NCBI GenBank assembly: GCA_002010065.2
Contig: MTMD02000001.1
Coordinates: 77,692 to 141,691 of the forward strand
DNA from: Candidatus Pyrohabitans jungbluthii
GTDB taxonomy: Archaea > Hydrothermarchaeota > Hydrothermarchaeia > Hydrothermarchaeales > BMS3B
Direction of reading: 5' to 3'
DNA: 64,000 nucleotides
In this document: piece after piece, positions 1 to 8,977 of the stretch
Layout: every line of letters begins with the position of its first letter
Numbering within the stretch: the first letter of the stretch is position 1
Notes under the pieces: generated by a model
The model's database searches: none
Told to the model about the DNA's origin: nothing
Seen by the model: the letters and a program-made list of their open reading frames with translations, nothing else
Translations under genes and position numbers: made by a program

Positions 1-227
1 AGCGCCGCCGCTGTCTGCGGAACATAGGCGCCACCAGTAAACTTTGCACCGCACTTTCGGCATGCCCATATCCCTGAAGCCACGCGCTTCACAGCGCGTC
101 GCTGGCACACTGGGCAGGTGTGGCGGAGCCGCTGCTTCCTGTCTATCTCAAGCCACTTCTTTCTCAAGCGCATTCCATAGCGGGGTCCAAATTTACCAGC
201 AGACCCAACTTTCTTTGTCCTTCCCAT
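1..227 (-). CDS. rpl37ae: 50S ribosomal protein L37Ae (3' end runs off the window)
   Basis: Manual translation from ATG at 227: MGRTKKVGSAGKFGPRYG...HTCPVC...GIWACRKCGAKFTGGAY, the L37Ae zinc-ribbon signature. Usual position after rrp42. Not in ORF track. Confidence 0.97.
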   Translation of the reverse strand, partial: MGRTKKVGSAGKFGPRYGMRLRKKWLEIDRKQRLRHTCPVCQRRAVKRVASGIWACRKCGAKFTGGAYVPQTAAA

Positions 228-232
228 GAGAA

Positions 233-1027
233 TCACCCGGGTATGTGCTTTCTGAGAAATTCCGCCTTCTCTCTCCCCCGCCTAACGATGTCAAGGATTT
301 CCTCCTGAGTAAAGGTGCCACTCCCACCCTTCTGCATCGCCACTATTTCGCCGCGCTCGTTGTAGCCTATGGTGAGCCTAGCATCGAGCACCTCTTCCTC
401 CTCAAGGCAGGGGTCTACCACTATGTGCCCGCCTATCTTCGCAAAGGTCACCTCCACCGGGGTGTCCACTATTGGAAGCTTCTCCTCCGTCTTGGTCTTG
501 TAATCTATCCTGCCGTTCTCCTCCAGCTTCGGAAAGACCGCATTCTTCAGCGCGGCAATTGCTCCCAAGGTGCAGGCATCGAAGAGGTTGCCGTCGTAGT
601 CAAGGGGGTGGAGGTCTATAAACACTATCCAGACAAGTTCTCCCTCCTTTATGCACAGCTTCTCCATGTCTATGCACTGGGACTCGCGTATTGCGCGGTC
701 AACCACGCGTGCTAATTCAACTGTATCCTCGTCTGGCGGGCCACGCTCAAAGCTAGGGCTTGCCAGGGGTATAAGCTCAGCGTTGGTGGTGAGCACACCC
801 GAGTCTGGCATATCCGGGAAGGGCTCGCCTACCGCAAGTTTAACCCCAACCATTACCTGGGTCTTTCCAAGCTTCACCAAAGCCGAACCCTCAGCGCGCT
901 GGTTTATGCCAACCTCAACGCTTAGCTCGCGATACTCGTCAAAAGCCCTGCCATCCACGCGCTTGCCGCTATTGAGAAGGTTGACAATGTGGTCCCGCTT
1001 AACGTCAGCGATAATCTCCTGTCGCAT
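233..1027 (-). CDS. rrp42: Exosome complex component Rrp42
   Basis: RNase PH fold (RVDGRAFDEYR, AEGSALVKLGKTQV, DYDGNLFDA). Follows rrp41. Confidence 0.97.
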   Translation of the reverse strand: MRQEIIADVKRDHIVNLLNSGKRVDGRAFDEYRELSVEVGINQRAEGSALVKLGKTQVMVGVKLAVGEPFPDMPDSGVLTTNAELIPLASPSFERGPPDEDTVELARVVDRAIRESQCIDMEKLCIKEGELVWIVFIDLHPLDYDGNLFDACTLGAIAALKNAVFPKLEENGRIDYKTKTEEKLPIVDTPVEVTFAKIGGHIVVDPCLEEEEVLDARLTIGYNERGEIVAMQKGGSGTFTQEEILDIVRRGREKAEFLRKHIPG

Positions 1028-1749
1028 TACTCGCTACCTCCATATCTCTTTCTCAGTGCTTCCTTCTGCTTCTCGTAAACCTGCATGCAGCCCTTAACCG
1101 CCAGCTTAAAAGCCTGCTCAAACTCTTCCTGGGTTAAGTTGCCGTCCATCTGAAGCAGGCTCACCTCGCCAGTGCGTGGCACTATAGCTACTGGCAAATC
1201 AGCCTCACCGTAGTTATCCTCGATGTCAAAGAGGTCAAGCACTATGTGTCCACCCACCTTGCCTGCGGCGCACGCTGGCACGAGGTCTTTCATGGGTATT
1301 CCCGCATCGGCTAAAGCAACGCTTGCGGCGGTTATGCCAGCGCACCTAGTGCCTGCCTGCGCTTGAAGGATTTCTATGAACACATCTATGGCAGTCATGG
1401 GATAGAGGTGGGTGAAGACCACGCTCTCCAGAGCCTGCCTTGTCACCTTTGAAATCTCCATGCTTCGCCTATCCGGACCAGGGCGCTTGCGCTCGTAAAC
1501 TGAGAAGGGAGCCATGCTGTAGTATGTGCGCAGCACTGCTCGCTGAGGGTTTGCCTCGTGGCGGGGGTGAATCTCTCTCGGACCGTAGCATGCCGCAAGT
1601 ACCTTATTTCCACCCCACTCAACATAAGCTGAGCCATCTGCGCGCTTGAGCACGCCCGCCTCGATCTTCAAAGGTCTCAGCTCATCAACGCGCCTTCCAT
1701 CCAGGCGCCTTCCATCTATAATAAACTCTTCTGGTTCACCTACCTTCAT
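1027..1749 (-). CDS. rrp41: Exosome complex exonuclease Rrp41
   Basis: [43 protein letters not shown]. Start moved to the ATG of MKVGEP. Confidence 0.97.
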   Translation of the reverse strand: MKVGEPEEFIIDGRRLDGRRVDELRPLKIEAGVLKRADGSAYVEWGGNKVLAACYGPREIHPRHEANPQRAVLRTYYSMAPFSVYERKRPGPDRRSMEISKVTRQALESVVFTHLYPMTAIDVFIEILQAQAGTRCAGITAASVALADAGIPMKDLVPACAAGKVGGHIVLDLFDIEDNYGEADLPVAIVPRTGEVSLLQMDGNLTQEEFEQAFKLAVKGCMQVYEKQKEALRKRYGGSE

Positions 1750-2419
1750 ACTTTTCCCTCTCTCTAACAATCATCTCTTTTATCCTGTCGGTTAAGCCTG
1801 AGGTGTGAGCCTCTGCTTCAATCTTCTTCACAGCGCGCTCCACAAGGTCTGCGATCTCCGGCTTAGCCTTTATCCACACCAAGCCATTCTGCCCAACAAG
1901 CATCCTGCACCCCGTCTCTTTAACTATCATAGAAATCATGGAGCGCTTTCTTCCTATCACGCGAGGCACCTTCGCTGGGGAAATCTCCACCAAGCGACCA
2001 CCCTTAATTACACGGCAACCACGCTGGCGCATAGTGATGTAAATCCTCCTGTGAGGCGTAACCTCGCGCACGTAGGCGTAGATCACTGTACCTGGGCTCA
2101 TCACCTGGCGCAGGGGGGTACGGAAGGGGTCAACCTCGCGGTAGTAGTCGCTGGCGTTGAGTATAGCTGAGTATGGGCAGTTTATGTCCACCTCCCATGC
2201 GGTCTCGTAGACGGTGCCCACCACTGTGCCTATTACAAAGTCCCCAACCTTGGGGTAGTACCTTCCCGTGAGGGGGATAACCCTAACCTTTCCCTTTGTG
2301 GTATCCAGAAGTCCAAGAACTGAAGCATAAACCCTGTCGCCGTCGCGATAAACGCCTTCGCCGACCTTCACCTTACCCTGTGCAACTTCTTCACCTGGTA
2401 TCACAAGCTTTCTTTCCAT
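1736..2419 (-). CDS. rrp4: Exosome RNA-binding protein Rrp4 (S1+KH)
   Basis: [40 protein letters not shown]. Confidence 0.96.
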   Translation of the reverse strand: MERKLVIPGEEVAQGKVKVGEGVYRDGDRVYASVLGLLDTTKGKVRVIPLTGRYYPKVGDFVIGTVVGTVYETAWEVDINCPYSAILNASDYYREVDPFRTPLRQVMSPGTVIYAYVREVTPHRRIYITMRQRGCRVIKGGRLVEISPAKVPRVIGRKRSMISMIVKETGCRMLVGQNGLVWIKAKPEIADLVERAVKKIEAEAHTSGLTDRIKEMIVREREKYEGR

Positions 2420-2428
2420 GCGCAGACC

Positions 2429-3121
2429 TCACAACATCCTCGTCTCAAAATCGCCCTTTGTAAGCGCGTTTAGTTCACGGAAAAGCTCGTCCACTGCGCC
2501 AGCGGGGAGCTTCATCACAAACGCCCATGAGCCGTCCTTCAGCCACTCCTCCTTCTCGGGCTTGCCAAATTTTATAACAACTGGATAAGCCTTTGCAGCG
2601 TAATTCGCAGGGATCTTTACGGCGAACCTACGCTCCTCAAATTTTATGGGAAGCAAGGGGCGGAGAGCCTTTATTATCGCAGGTATCTGCTCTTCAGCGC
2701 TCTTGTGGATGTCTATGTTCACCCTCGCCTCTTCCAGCGCCTTCTCAATACGCTGGGGCGGGTGAGGTGTGCCCGTCTGCGGGTTTATCGCATGCCTAGC
2801 GATGTAGTTAACTATCTGCCTGCGCCGCTGCTCCTGCATCTTCCTGCGCTGCTCTGTGGTAAGCTGAATCTCGCCCTTCCTTATAATCTTACGCACAGCT
2901 TCCTCAAAGGAGTTCACCTGCAGCAGCTTAAGCGCATGCTCCAGCGAAGCCTTATCCCCGCGTCTGGCATCCTTAAAAATGGTGTCCACTGCTAAGAGCT
3001 TCTCAAAGTCCACGTCCTTACCCTGCTTCACCTCAAGGGCGAGATCAGGATCAACCAGAATCTCAAAACGCTCGCCCCTCGTCTCGAGGCGAGCTATCAC
3101 CGCCTCATCGAGGCTGACCAT
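2429..3121 (-). CDS. sdo1: Ribosome maturation protein SBDS/Sdo1
   Basis: [36 protein letters not shown]. Conserved superoperon position. Confidence 0.96.
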   Translation of the reverse strand: MVSLDEAVIARLETRGERFEILVDPDLALEVKQGKDVDFEKLLAVDTIFKDARRGDKASLEHALKLLQVNSFEEAVRKIIRKGEIQLTTEQRRKMQEQRRRQIVNYIARHAINPQTGTPHPPQRIEKALEEARVNIDIHKSAEEQIPAIIKALRPLLPIKFEERRFAVKIPANYAAKAYPVVIKFGKPEKEEWLKDGSWAFVMKLPAGAVDELFRELNALTKGDFETRML

Positions 3122-3126
3122 TGGCG

Positions 3127-3879
3127 TTACTCCTCTTCTTCCTTCTCTGTCTTCTTAGGTACCTTCTCTATGTACGCCTTAACCTCCTGAGGGGTGAACT
3201 TCCTGAATTCATGCGTTGAAAGCTCAACCACAGCCATGTCAATGGATGTCTCACTCATCTTACCATCGGTGACCTCATTCATTATCTTGAGTGCAAGGTC
3301 TATCGCCTCATCCTTCGTTAAATCATCGCGGTACTCGTTCTCAAATATCTCCATCGCCGTGCTCCTGCCGGCGCCTATCGCCGTTGCCTTGTACTCAATC
3401 AGCGCTCCACTTGGGTCTGTCTCAAAGAGGCGCGGGGCTTCGTTCACGCCTGCGATGAGCAGGGCGATACCAAAGGGTCTAACCCCTCCGTGTTGGGTGT
3501 AAAGTTGCTTGAAGTCGCATATCTTCTTGGCGAGCAGCTCCACATCTATGGGCTCGCCATAGGTTATGCGATGCACCTGGCATTCAACGCGTGCCCTGTC
3601 AACAAGAACACGCGCATCGGCAACCAAACCAGAGGTTGCGGCGGCGATGTTATCATCAATCTGAAAAATCTTCTCTATACTCCTCGCCTCCACGAGCTTG
3701 GAGGTAATGCGCTTATCCACAGCAAGGAGAACGCCGTCGCTGTACCTTATTCCCAGCGAGGTGGTGCCACGCTTCACCGCCTCCCTCGCATACTCTACCT
3801 GAAATAGCCTTCCGTCAGGGCTGAACACAGTGATAGCCCTGTCATAACCCATGCTCGGCATTGGTTGCATCTTCTTCAC
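3127..3879 (-). CDS. psmA: Proteasome subunit alpha (start may be 3870)
   Basis: [37 protein letters not shown]. Confidence 0.98.
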   Translation of the reverse strand: MKKMQPMPSMGYDRAITVFSPDGRLFQVEYAREAVKRGTTSLGIRYSDGVLLAVDKRITSKLVEARSIEKIFQIDDNIAAATSGLVADARVLVDRARVECQVHRITYGEPIDVELLAKKICDFKQLYTQHGGVRPFGIALLIAGVNEAPRLFETDPSGALIEYKATAIGAGRSTAMEIFENEYRDDLTKDEAIDLALKIMNEVTDGKMSETSIDMAVVELSTHEFRKFTPQEVKAYIEKVPKKTEKEEEE

Positions 3880-4393
3880 CTCTCAAATCACTTTTTGTGA
3901 CCCCGATAAACCTCATCTTCTGAAACTTTAACCTCTCAATGAGCTCCTCATCACGAGGCAGGGCATCAACCCTTTCTCCACTTTCCCTAACAACTACAAA
4001 CTCCTTGCCCTTAAACTTTACTGTCCTCTCAGAATTTATAAAGTGTCTCCTCCTATTTAAAAACTTCCTCTTGAGCGCCTTCACTGTACCGCTCACGCCC
4101 AGGCTGCGAAGGTGGACGCGGTCTCCCGAGATTTCCCCCACCAGACTGAGGGCGGCGATCACGTTAGCCACGCTGCGGTGGGAGCATACCACAAAGCCTT
4201 CCTGCGTGGCCTCGTCGAAGTCCAGCACAAAGAGGTTAAACTCCGCCACCTTGGTTTCGCCGAAGAGGGCGAGCGCTGAACTTACTATTGCTCTGGCCAC
4301 TTCCTCCCTGCTGAAGGGGCGGTCGCTCTCCACGCAGAAGGCGACGTAGCGCTTTCTCTCCCTAAGCGCAGGTGGCAAGGCTTTAATCTTCAA
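3842..4393 (-). CDS. rnp2: RNase P protein Pop5/Rpp14 with C-terminal extension
   Basis: LPPALRERKRYVAF and SLGVSGTVKALKRK. TTG start. Confidence 0.9.
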   Translation of the reverse strand: MKIKALPPALRERKRYVAFCVESDRPFSREEVARAIVSSALALFGETKVAEFNLFVLDFDEATQEGFVVCSHRSVANVIAALSLVGEISGDRVHLRSLGVSGTVKALKRKFLNRRRHFINSERTVKFKGKEFVVVRESGERVDALPRDEELIERLKFQKMRFIGVTKSDLRGEEDATNAEHGL

Positions 4394-5048
4394 CCAACCT
4401 CACCCCCTGCGCAATCTCGCGCTTCGCCAGCTTTTTCTTTTCCAGTATCTCCTCGGGCACCTCCTCAAGGGCGCGCCTCGCCTCTTCGCGGGTGAAGCCT
4501 ATGCTCAGAAGCACCGCCTCCGCTTCCTTTGTGCTCCTGAGCCCATACCTGCTTTTAGCTCCTGAAGTTACCACAATATTGAAGTCGTACTTTCTGCTCA
4601 GCAGGAGTATTCTGTGCACCTTCTGGAGGTGCCTTACCCTCGCAACACCCCTGGCTGCGATTATGCTGCTGAGATCAACCTCAATCGCCACGTGGTTCTG
4701 CGCCGCCTGCCTTGCAATCACAGCATCTACACCCGAGTCACGCCTTCCAAGGTAGGGATGAGCCAATATATCGACACGCGAATCACGAGTGGCAGCGCGA
4801 TTGATCGCTGCCTCGCCACCGTGCACCACCACGTAGTCGAAGTTTCGCCAGCTGGTGCGGAGCGCCTTAATCAGAGCACGCTTACTATCCGCCTTTATCT
4901 CCACGCCTGAGAGAGCGTTGTCATAAGCTATGCCATCGCAGAGTCCCAGCCTTATCCCCAGGGTACGTGCCTCTTCAAGCAGCCTCGCAGGAGAGTCAAC
5001 GCCTTTGGAATTCAGTGAATGAACGCGCAGGTCTATGAACATCCTCAC
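4383..5048 (-). CDS. rnp3: RNase P protein Rpp30
   Basis: VVHGGEAAINRAA, RVDILAHP, VVTSGAKSRYGLRS. Lies between Pop5 and COG1325. Confidence 0.93.
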   Translation of the reverse strand: MRMFIDLRVHSLNSKGVDSPARLLEEARTLGIRLGLCDGIAYDNALSGVEIKADSKRALIKALRTSWRNFDYVVVHGGEAAINRAATRDSRVDILAHPYLGRRDSGVDAVIARQAAQNHVAIEVDLSSIIAARGVARVRHLQKVHRILLLSRKYDFNIVVTSGAKSRYGLRSTKEAEAVLLSIGFTREEARRALEEVPEEILEKKKLAKREIAQGVRLVED

Positions 5049-5467
5049 CGCCCGAGAAGTTTTTTAATCCCCTCCTTTATCTCGTCTTCGTTGTAGGGGT
5101 AGCTTGTAACCACAAGCACAACCTGAAGCCCCTGCCCAAGGCGCAGCTTGCCAAGATATGCCTGCATCTTGTCCAGGCGAATGTAGAACCTGCCCTGCTC
5201 AAAGCGCTGCTCCACCTCTTCGCGCAGCCTCTTAAGCTCCTCCTCAGGTAGAGCTTCTGTTAGCCTCTTCAGAAAGGCGCGAATCTCGCGCTGCCTCGTT
5301 AGTTCTGCTTCCAGAATAGCTATGGGGTTGCCAAACTGACCCCTCGCGTGGCTCTGCTTAACCTCCACCTCTATGGGAAAAATGTTGGTGAGGGCAAGCT
5401 TTACCCTCTCCACCTCTTCGGTTGCGTGGGCGAAGCAGCTTGCCTTAACGCTGAGTACCCTCATCAC
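5045..5467 (-). CDS. Exosome-operon RNA-binding protein (COG1325/DUF54-like)
   Basis: [30 protein letters not shown]. Conserved position after rpl15e. Confidence 0.88.
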   Translation of the reverse strand: MMRVLSVKASCFAHATEEVERVKLALTNIFPIEVEVKQSHARGQFGNPIAILEAELTRQREIRAFLKRLTEALPEEELKRLREEVEQRFEQGRFYIRLDKMQAYLGKLRLGQGLQVVLVVTSYPYNEDEIKEGIKKLLGR

Positions 5468-6048
5468 TTTCCTTTGCGCTGATGCGCCCTTATGCTGGGT
5501 CTGACCTTCTCAGCACCCTTACCTTTATTCCTCAGACCGCGGGAACGCTTGCCAGCGCTTGTAAGCCCGCGGAACACTCGCCCGCGGTGAGCCTTGCCAG
5601 CGATCCAGCATAGCTCTTTATCATTGCGCACCGCCGGGTGGTGGGGGTCGACCATGATTACCTCAAAATACTCATACTTTCCGTCCTTACCAACCCAGTA
5701 GGAGTTGAGCACCTCCAGGTTTGGATACCTGCGCTGGGCACGTTCTTCCGCTAACCACTGCAATGACTTTTTAGGGGTGTACTTCACCACACCCATTCGC
5801 TTTGGCCTACGTCCGGCGTTGGGGCGCTCCTTCCTGCGCCCGCCTTTGCGAATCCTAGCGCGAACAACAATTATACCCTGCTTTGCCTTGTAGCCCAGCG
5901 CCCTCGCGCGGTCTAAGCGAAGAGGCGCTGGAACACGCACCACGCTCGCGCCATGGTGCCACTCTGGCAACCGCTGGCGCATTAGCTGGTGAACATAACT
6001 TTCACTGGGTCTCTTCCACGCCTGCGCTATGTACTTGTATGCACCCAT
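5464..6048 (-). CDS. rpl15e: 50S ribosomal protein L15e
   Basis: [36 protein letters not shown]. Start at MGAYKY. Confidence 0.98.
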   Translation of the reverse strand: MGAYKYIAQAWKRPSESYVHQLMRQRLPEWHHGASVVRVPAPLRLDRARALGYKAKQGIIVVRARIRKGGRRKERPNAGRRPKRMGVVKYTPKKSLQWLAEERAQRRYPNLEVLNSYWVGKDGKYEYFEVIMVDPHHPAVRNDKELCWIAGKAHRGRVFRGLTSAGKRSRGLRNKGKGAEKVRPSIRAHQRKGK

Positions 6049-6107
6049 TTTTTTCACCTTCAGAATTAGAGGATAAAAATCCGAGTCTTTCTAAACTGAT
6101 GCGGTAC

Positions 6108-6122
6108 CGTATATAAAGATTA
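6108..6122 (-). promoter_or_regulatory. TATA box of the L15e-exosome-proteasome superoperon
   Basis: TTTATATA on the minus strand at 6110-6117, about 60 nt upstream of the rpl15e ATG. Confidence 0.6.
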
Positions 6123-6297
6123 TTGAGAGGTGGAGATTGCTGTGATGAGGGTATGAGAATGAAAATATTAAATGGTTTTGGGAGCGGCATTGATGTTCTA
6201 ACCAAAAATCTCCCAATAAAGCGACCTTAGGTGCACTGATAGATAATAGATGGCTAAGATTAATTGAGAGGACTGCAGAGAACAGAACGGTTACAGA

Positions 6298-6584
6298 TTA
6301 CCTCTCTGGTTTTATTTTTGTCGACAAGGATATGGTGATGGTTTTTTGTTTATTTCCCTCTCCACCTAAGTTAAATATCCCTATATTTAGCCCACCAGAA
6401 CCGCTGACTGTAACAGAGCCCCTAATCTCTATGGTTACATCACTTTCAGTTTCAATGCTTGCTTTAATTTCCTTGTTTATTGAGTCTAGAATTTCTCTAA
6501 GTTCAACTGTATTTTTGGTGGTTCTTTTACTTCTTTTCGAATTTCGGAAAAATCGATCGGACCAGTTGCAACATACATTTTCAT
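6298..6584 (-). pseudogene. Frameshifted small gene of about 95 aa, Trypco2/Pepco-like beta-hairpin protein (tentative)
   Basis: GGGGGT then ATG at 6584 gives MKMYVATGPIDFSEIRKEVKEPPK. A -1 shift at an A5 run (6512-6516) continues NTVELREILDSINKEIKAS...VTIEIRGSVTVSGSGGLNIGIFNLGGEGNKQKTITISLSTKIKPER-stop. AT-rich. Confidence 0.6.
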
Positions 6585-6714
6585 ATACTTACCCCCTATA
6601 TAGTTTCGTTAGATTTGGAATATTATTTATACTTATTGTCTATACTTTACTGTTTGTAGTATCCCACCACGTCACATTGAAAACAAATAAATACCCAGCG
6701 GGAAAGGAATTACC

Positions 6715-7764
6715 ATGCCCACCTACGCTATGCGCACTGTGCTTGGGGTTTTCCTATTCTCCGAGGAGGGGAAGCTTCTTACCTTTGAACCTTTTGCCGA
6801 AGAGGAAGCTGCAGAGAAGATTTCTTCTCCAGAACTTACTGAAGAGGAAAAGAAGCTGAAGGAGAGGTTTCCGGATGCGAGATTTGAGCCCATTGATGAA
6901 TTTCCAACCCCAGGTGGCGAGTTCCTGAGGAGCAATCTGGACGCCATTCTTTCGCAAATTGGGATGAGTAGAAGCGAGTACTACTCCCGCCTGCGCCGCG
7001 TTGCCTTCGCAATTGTCAAGGCGAAGCTTAAACGCTCCCTTGAAAAGCGGGACCTGCTCATAAAGCAGGCTGTGCTTGCCCTCGAGGAGCTGGACGAAGC
7101 CCTGAATGTGCTCTCCGCTCGGCTTAAAGAGTGGTACCTCATCCACTTCCCGGAGATTGAGGATATAGAGGCGGAGAAGCTGGCTGAGCTAATTCATCGC
7201 CACGGCAGAAGGGAAGCTCTTCCCGGTTATGCGGAGCTTGCGCAGCGCTCGGCCGGGGCTGAGCTTACAAACGAGGACATTGAGATGCTCCGCACCTTCG
7301 CCAAAGATGTACACCAGCTTTATAAGCTCAGGGATAAGCTCCAGAGCTACCTGCAGCAGCTGATGGAGACGCTGGCTCCAAATGTTAATTATCTAGTGGG
7401 CGCTACCATAGGCGCAAAGCTTATTGCGCTTGCCGGTGGTATAGCAAAGCTCGCGGGTATGCCGGGTAGCAGAATTCAGGTTCTGGGCGCCGAGAAGGCG
7501 CTGTTCCGCCACCTTCGCGGGCGCGGTAGACCGCCCAAGCACGGGGTGATATTCCAGTACCCAGCGATTAAAGCGGCGCCAAAGTGGCAGCGGGGCAAGA
7601 TTGCGAGAAGCCTCGCAGCGAAGCTTGCAATTGCCGCTCGCCTCGATGCATTTGGCGGAGAGTTCGCTGCAGAGGAGCTGAAAGAGAAGTTTGAGAGGCG
7701 CGTTGAGGAGATTAAGAAAAAGTACCCAGCGCCGCCAAAGCGGAAGAGGAGGCGGAGACGGTGA
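6715..7764 (+). CDS. nop5: C/D box sRNP protein Nop5 (Nop56/58)
   Basis: EWYLIHFPE, LAPNV, IQVLGAEKALFRHL, PPKHGVIFQ, WQRGKIARSLAAK. Confidence 0.97.
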   Translation: MPTYAMRTVLGVFLFSEEGKLLTFEPFAEEEAAEKISSPELTEEEKKLKERFPDARFEPIDEFPTPGGEFLRSNLDAILSQIGMSRSEYYSRLRRVAFAIVKAKLKRSLEKRDLLIKQAVLALEELDEALNVLSARLKEWYLIHFPEIEDIEAEKLAELIHRHGRREALPGYAELAQRSAGAELTNEDIEMLRTFAKDVHQLYKLRDKLQSYLQQLMETLAPNVNYLVGATIGAKLIALAGGIAKLAGMPGSRIQVLGAEKALFRHLRGRGRPPKHGVIFQYPAIKAAPKWQRGKIARSLAAKLAIAARLDAFGGEFAAEELKEKFERRVEEIKKKYPAPPKRKRRRRR

Positions 7765-8420
7765 AGATTCAGGAGCTCTTCGATGGAGTTTACAGGATTG
7801 GCGAGGACATAGCCACGCTCAATCTCACACCTGGCAAGAGGGTGTACGGGGAGAAGCTGGTGAGATGGGGAGGAAAGGAATACCGCCTGTGGAATCCCTA
7901 CAGGAGCAAGCTCGCCGCCGCTATTCGCCTTGGACTTGAGCAGCTTCCGCTGGGCAAGAGCGCAAAGGTGCTCTATCTAGGCGCCGCTCAGGGCACGACT
8001 GCTTCGCATGTGAGCGACATAGCGCGGGAAGGCGTTGTTTACTGCGTGGAGTTCTCACCCCGAGCAATGCAGTCTCTTCTCGCCTTAGCCGAGGCGAGGG
8101 AGAATATCATACCCATCCTGGCGGACGCCTCAAAGCCCGAGAGCTACTCATACCTTCTAGAGAAGGTGGATGTGGTCTATCAGGACATCGCCCAGGCGAA
8201 ACAGAGCGAGATTTTGCTGAAGAATGTGCGGGCGTACCTGAAGGAAGACGGTCACTTTATGCACGTGATTAAGGCGAGAAGTATAGATGTAACAGCGAAG
8301 CCGGAAGAGGTGTTTGAAAAAGAAGTAAAAAAGCTCAAGGAGGCTGGACTGGAAGTTATTCAGAAGCTGAGGCTCGAGCCCTACGAGAAGGACCACCTCT
8401 TTGTGCTGGGTAGAGCTTAG
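7761..8420 (+). CDS. flpA: Fibrillarin-like rRNA/tRNA 2'-O-methyltransferase
   Basis: VYGEK, YRLWNPYRSKLAAAI, VLYLGAAQGTTASHVSD, KARSIDVT. Confidence 0.98.
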   Translation: MKIQELFDGVYRIGEDIATLNLTPGKRVYGEKLVRWGGKEYRLWNPYRSKLAAAIRLGLEQLPLGKSAKVLYLGAAQGTTASHVSDIAREGVVYCVEFSPRAMQSLLALAEARENIIPILADASKPESYSYLLEKVDVVYQDIAQAKQSEILLKNVRAYLKEDGHFMHVIKARSIDVTAKPEEVFEKEVKKLKEAGLEVIQKLRLEPYEKDHLFVLGRA

Positions 8421-8605
8421 CGGCGCCACTCAGCGTAAACCGGACAGGTGATGCACTCAGCCGGCGGGGAATTCTTGTCCTCTATCTTCTCGGGGCACTC
8501 AGGATAGCTTCCGGTGCAGTTGGGATACTTCCTGCGTATCTTCTCCCACGCAATCTCAGCCTCAGACTTCCTCCTGGGCATCTTTTTCTGCTGCTTCCTC
8601 GCCAT
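8417..8605 (-). CDS. Small basic 4-Cys hypothetical protein (62 aa)
   Basis: ATG with GGTGT upstream. CX6C...CX2C. Co-oriented with tmcA and the ASCH gene. Confidence 0.65.
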   Translation of the reverse strand: MARKQQKKMPRRKSEAEIAWEKIRRKYPNCTGSYPECPEKIEDKNSPPAECITCPVYAEWRR

Positions 8606-8659
8606 TCTTACACCAAAAAAGTGTTGCTGTGCGGAGGGTATATAATACTTTTGGAAATC

Positions 8660-8977
8660 CTAAATAACAACCATCACCTCAAAATGCACTATGGTTACGA
8701 ATTCACTTTCGCTCAGCTTTCCGTAAATTCGGCGCAGCACTCTGAGAAGCTCCTCTCTGCTGGCGAAGCCGTCCCGCCTGGCGTCCTCATCTGTAAGCTC
8801 GGCAATGCGTTTCACCTCGCTCCCTAGCACCCTTGCCTTGGCGAAGGGCTTGTGATTCACTGTAAGCTCTACCACCTCCCCCTTAGCGTACCTTCGCTTT
8901 CCCTTCCTCACTGTCGTGCTCTTCCTGCCCCTGAGAATCAGCCCGACGTACTCAGGGTTGAAGTTTATTCTCCTCAT
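8660..8977 (-). CDS. ASCH (PUA-like) domain protein
   Basis: ILRGRKSTTVRKG and ELTDEDARRDGFAS ASCH signatures. Overlaps the tmcA 3' end. Confidence 0.9.
   Translation of the reverse strand: MRRINFNPEYVGLILRGRKSTTVRKGKRRYAKGEVVELTVNHKPFAKARVLGSEVKRIAELTDEDARRDGFASREELLRVLRRIYGKLSESEFVTIVHFEVMVVI

Noticed and set aside
6332-6859. 175-aa hydrophobic + strand ORF
   Set aside because: It is the antisense shadow of the AT-rich minus-strand frameshifted gene and overlaps nop5 out of frame. Its hydrophobicity comes from T-richness.
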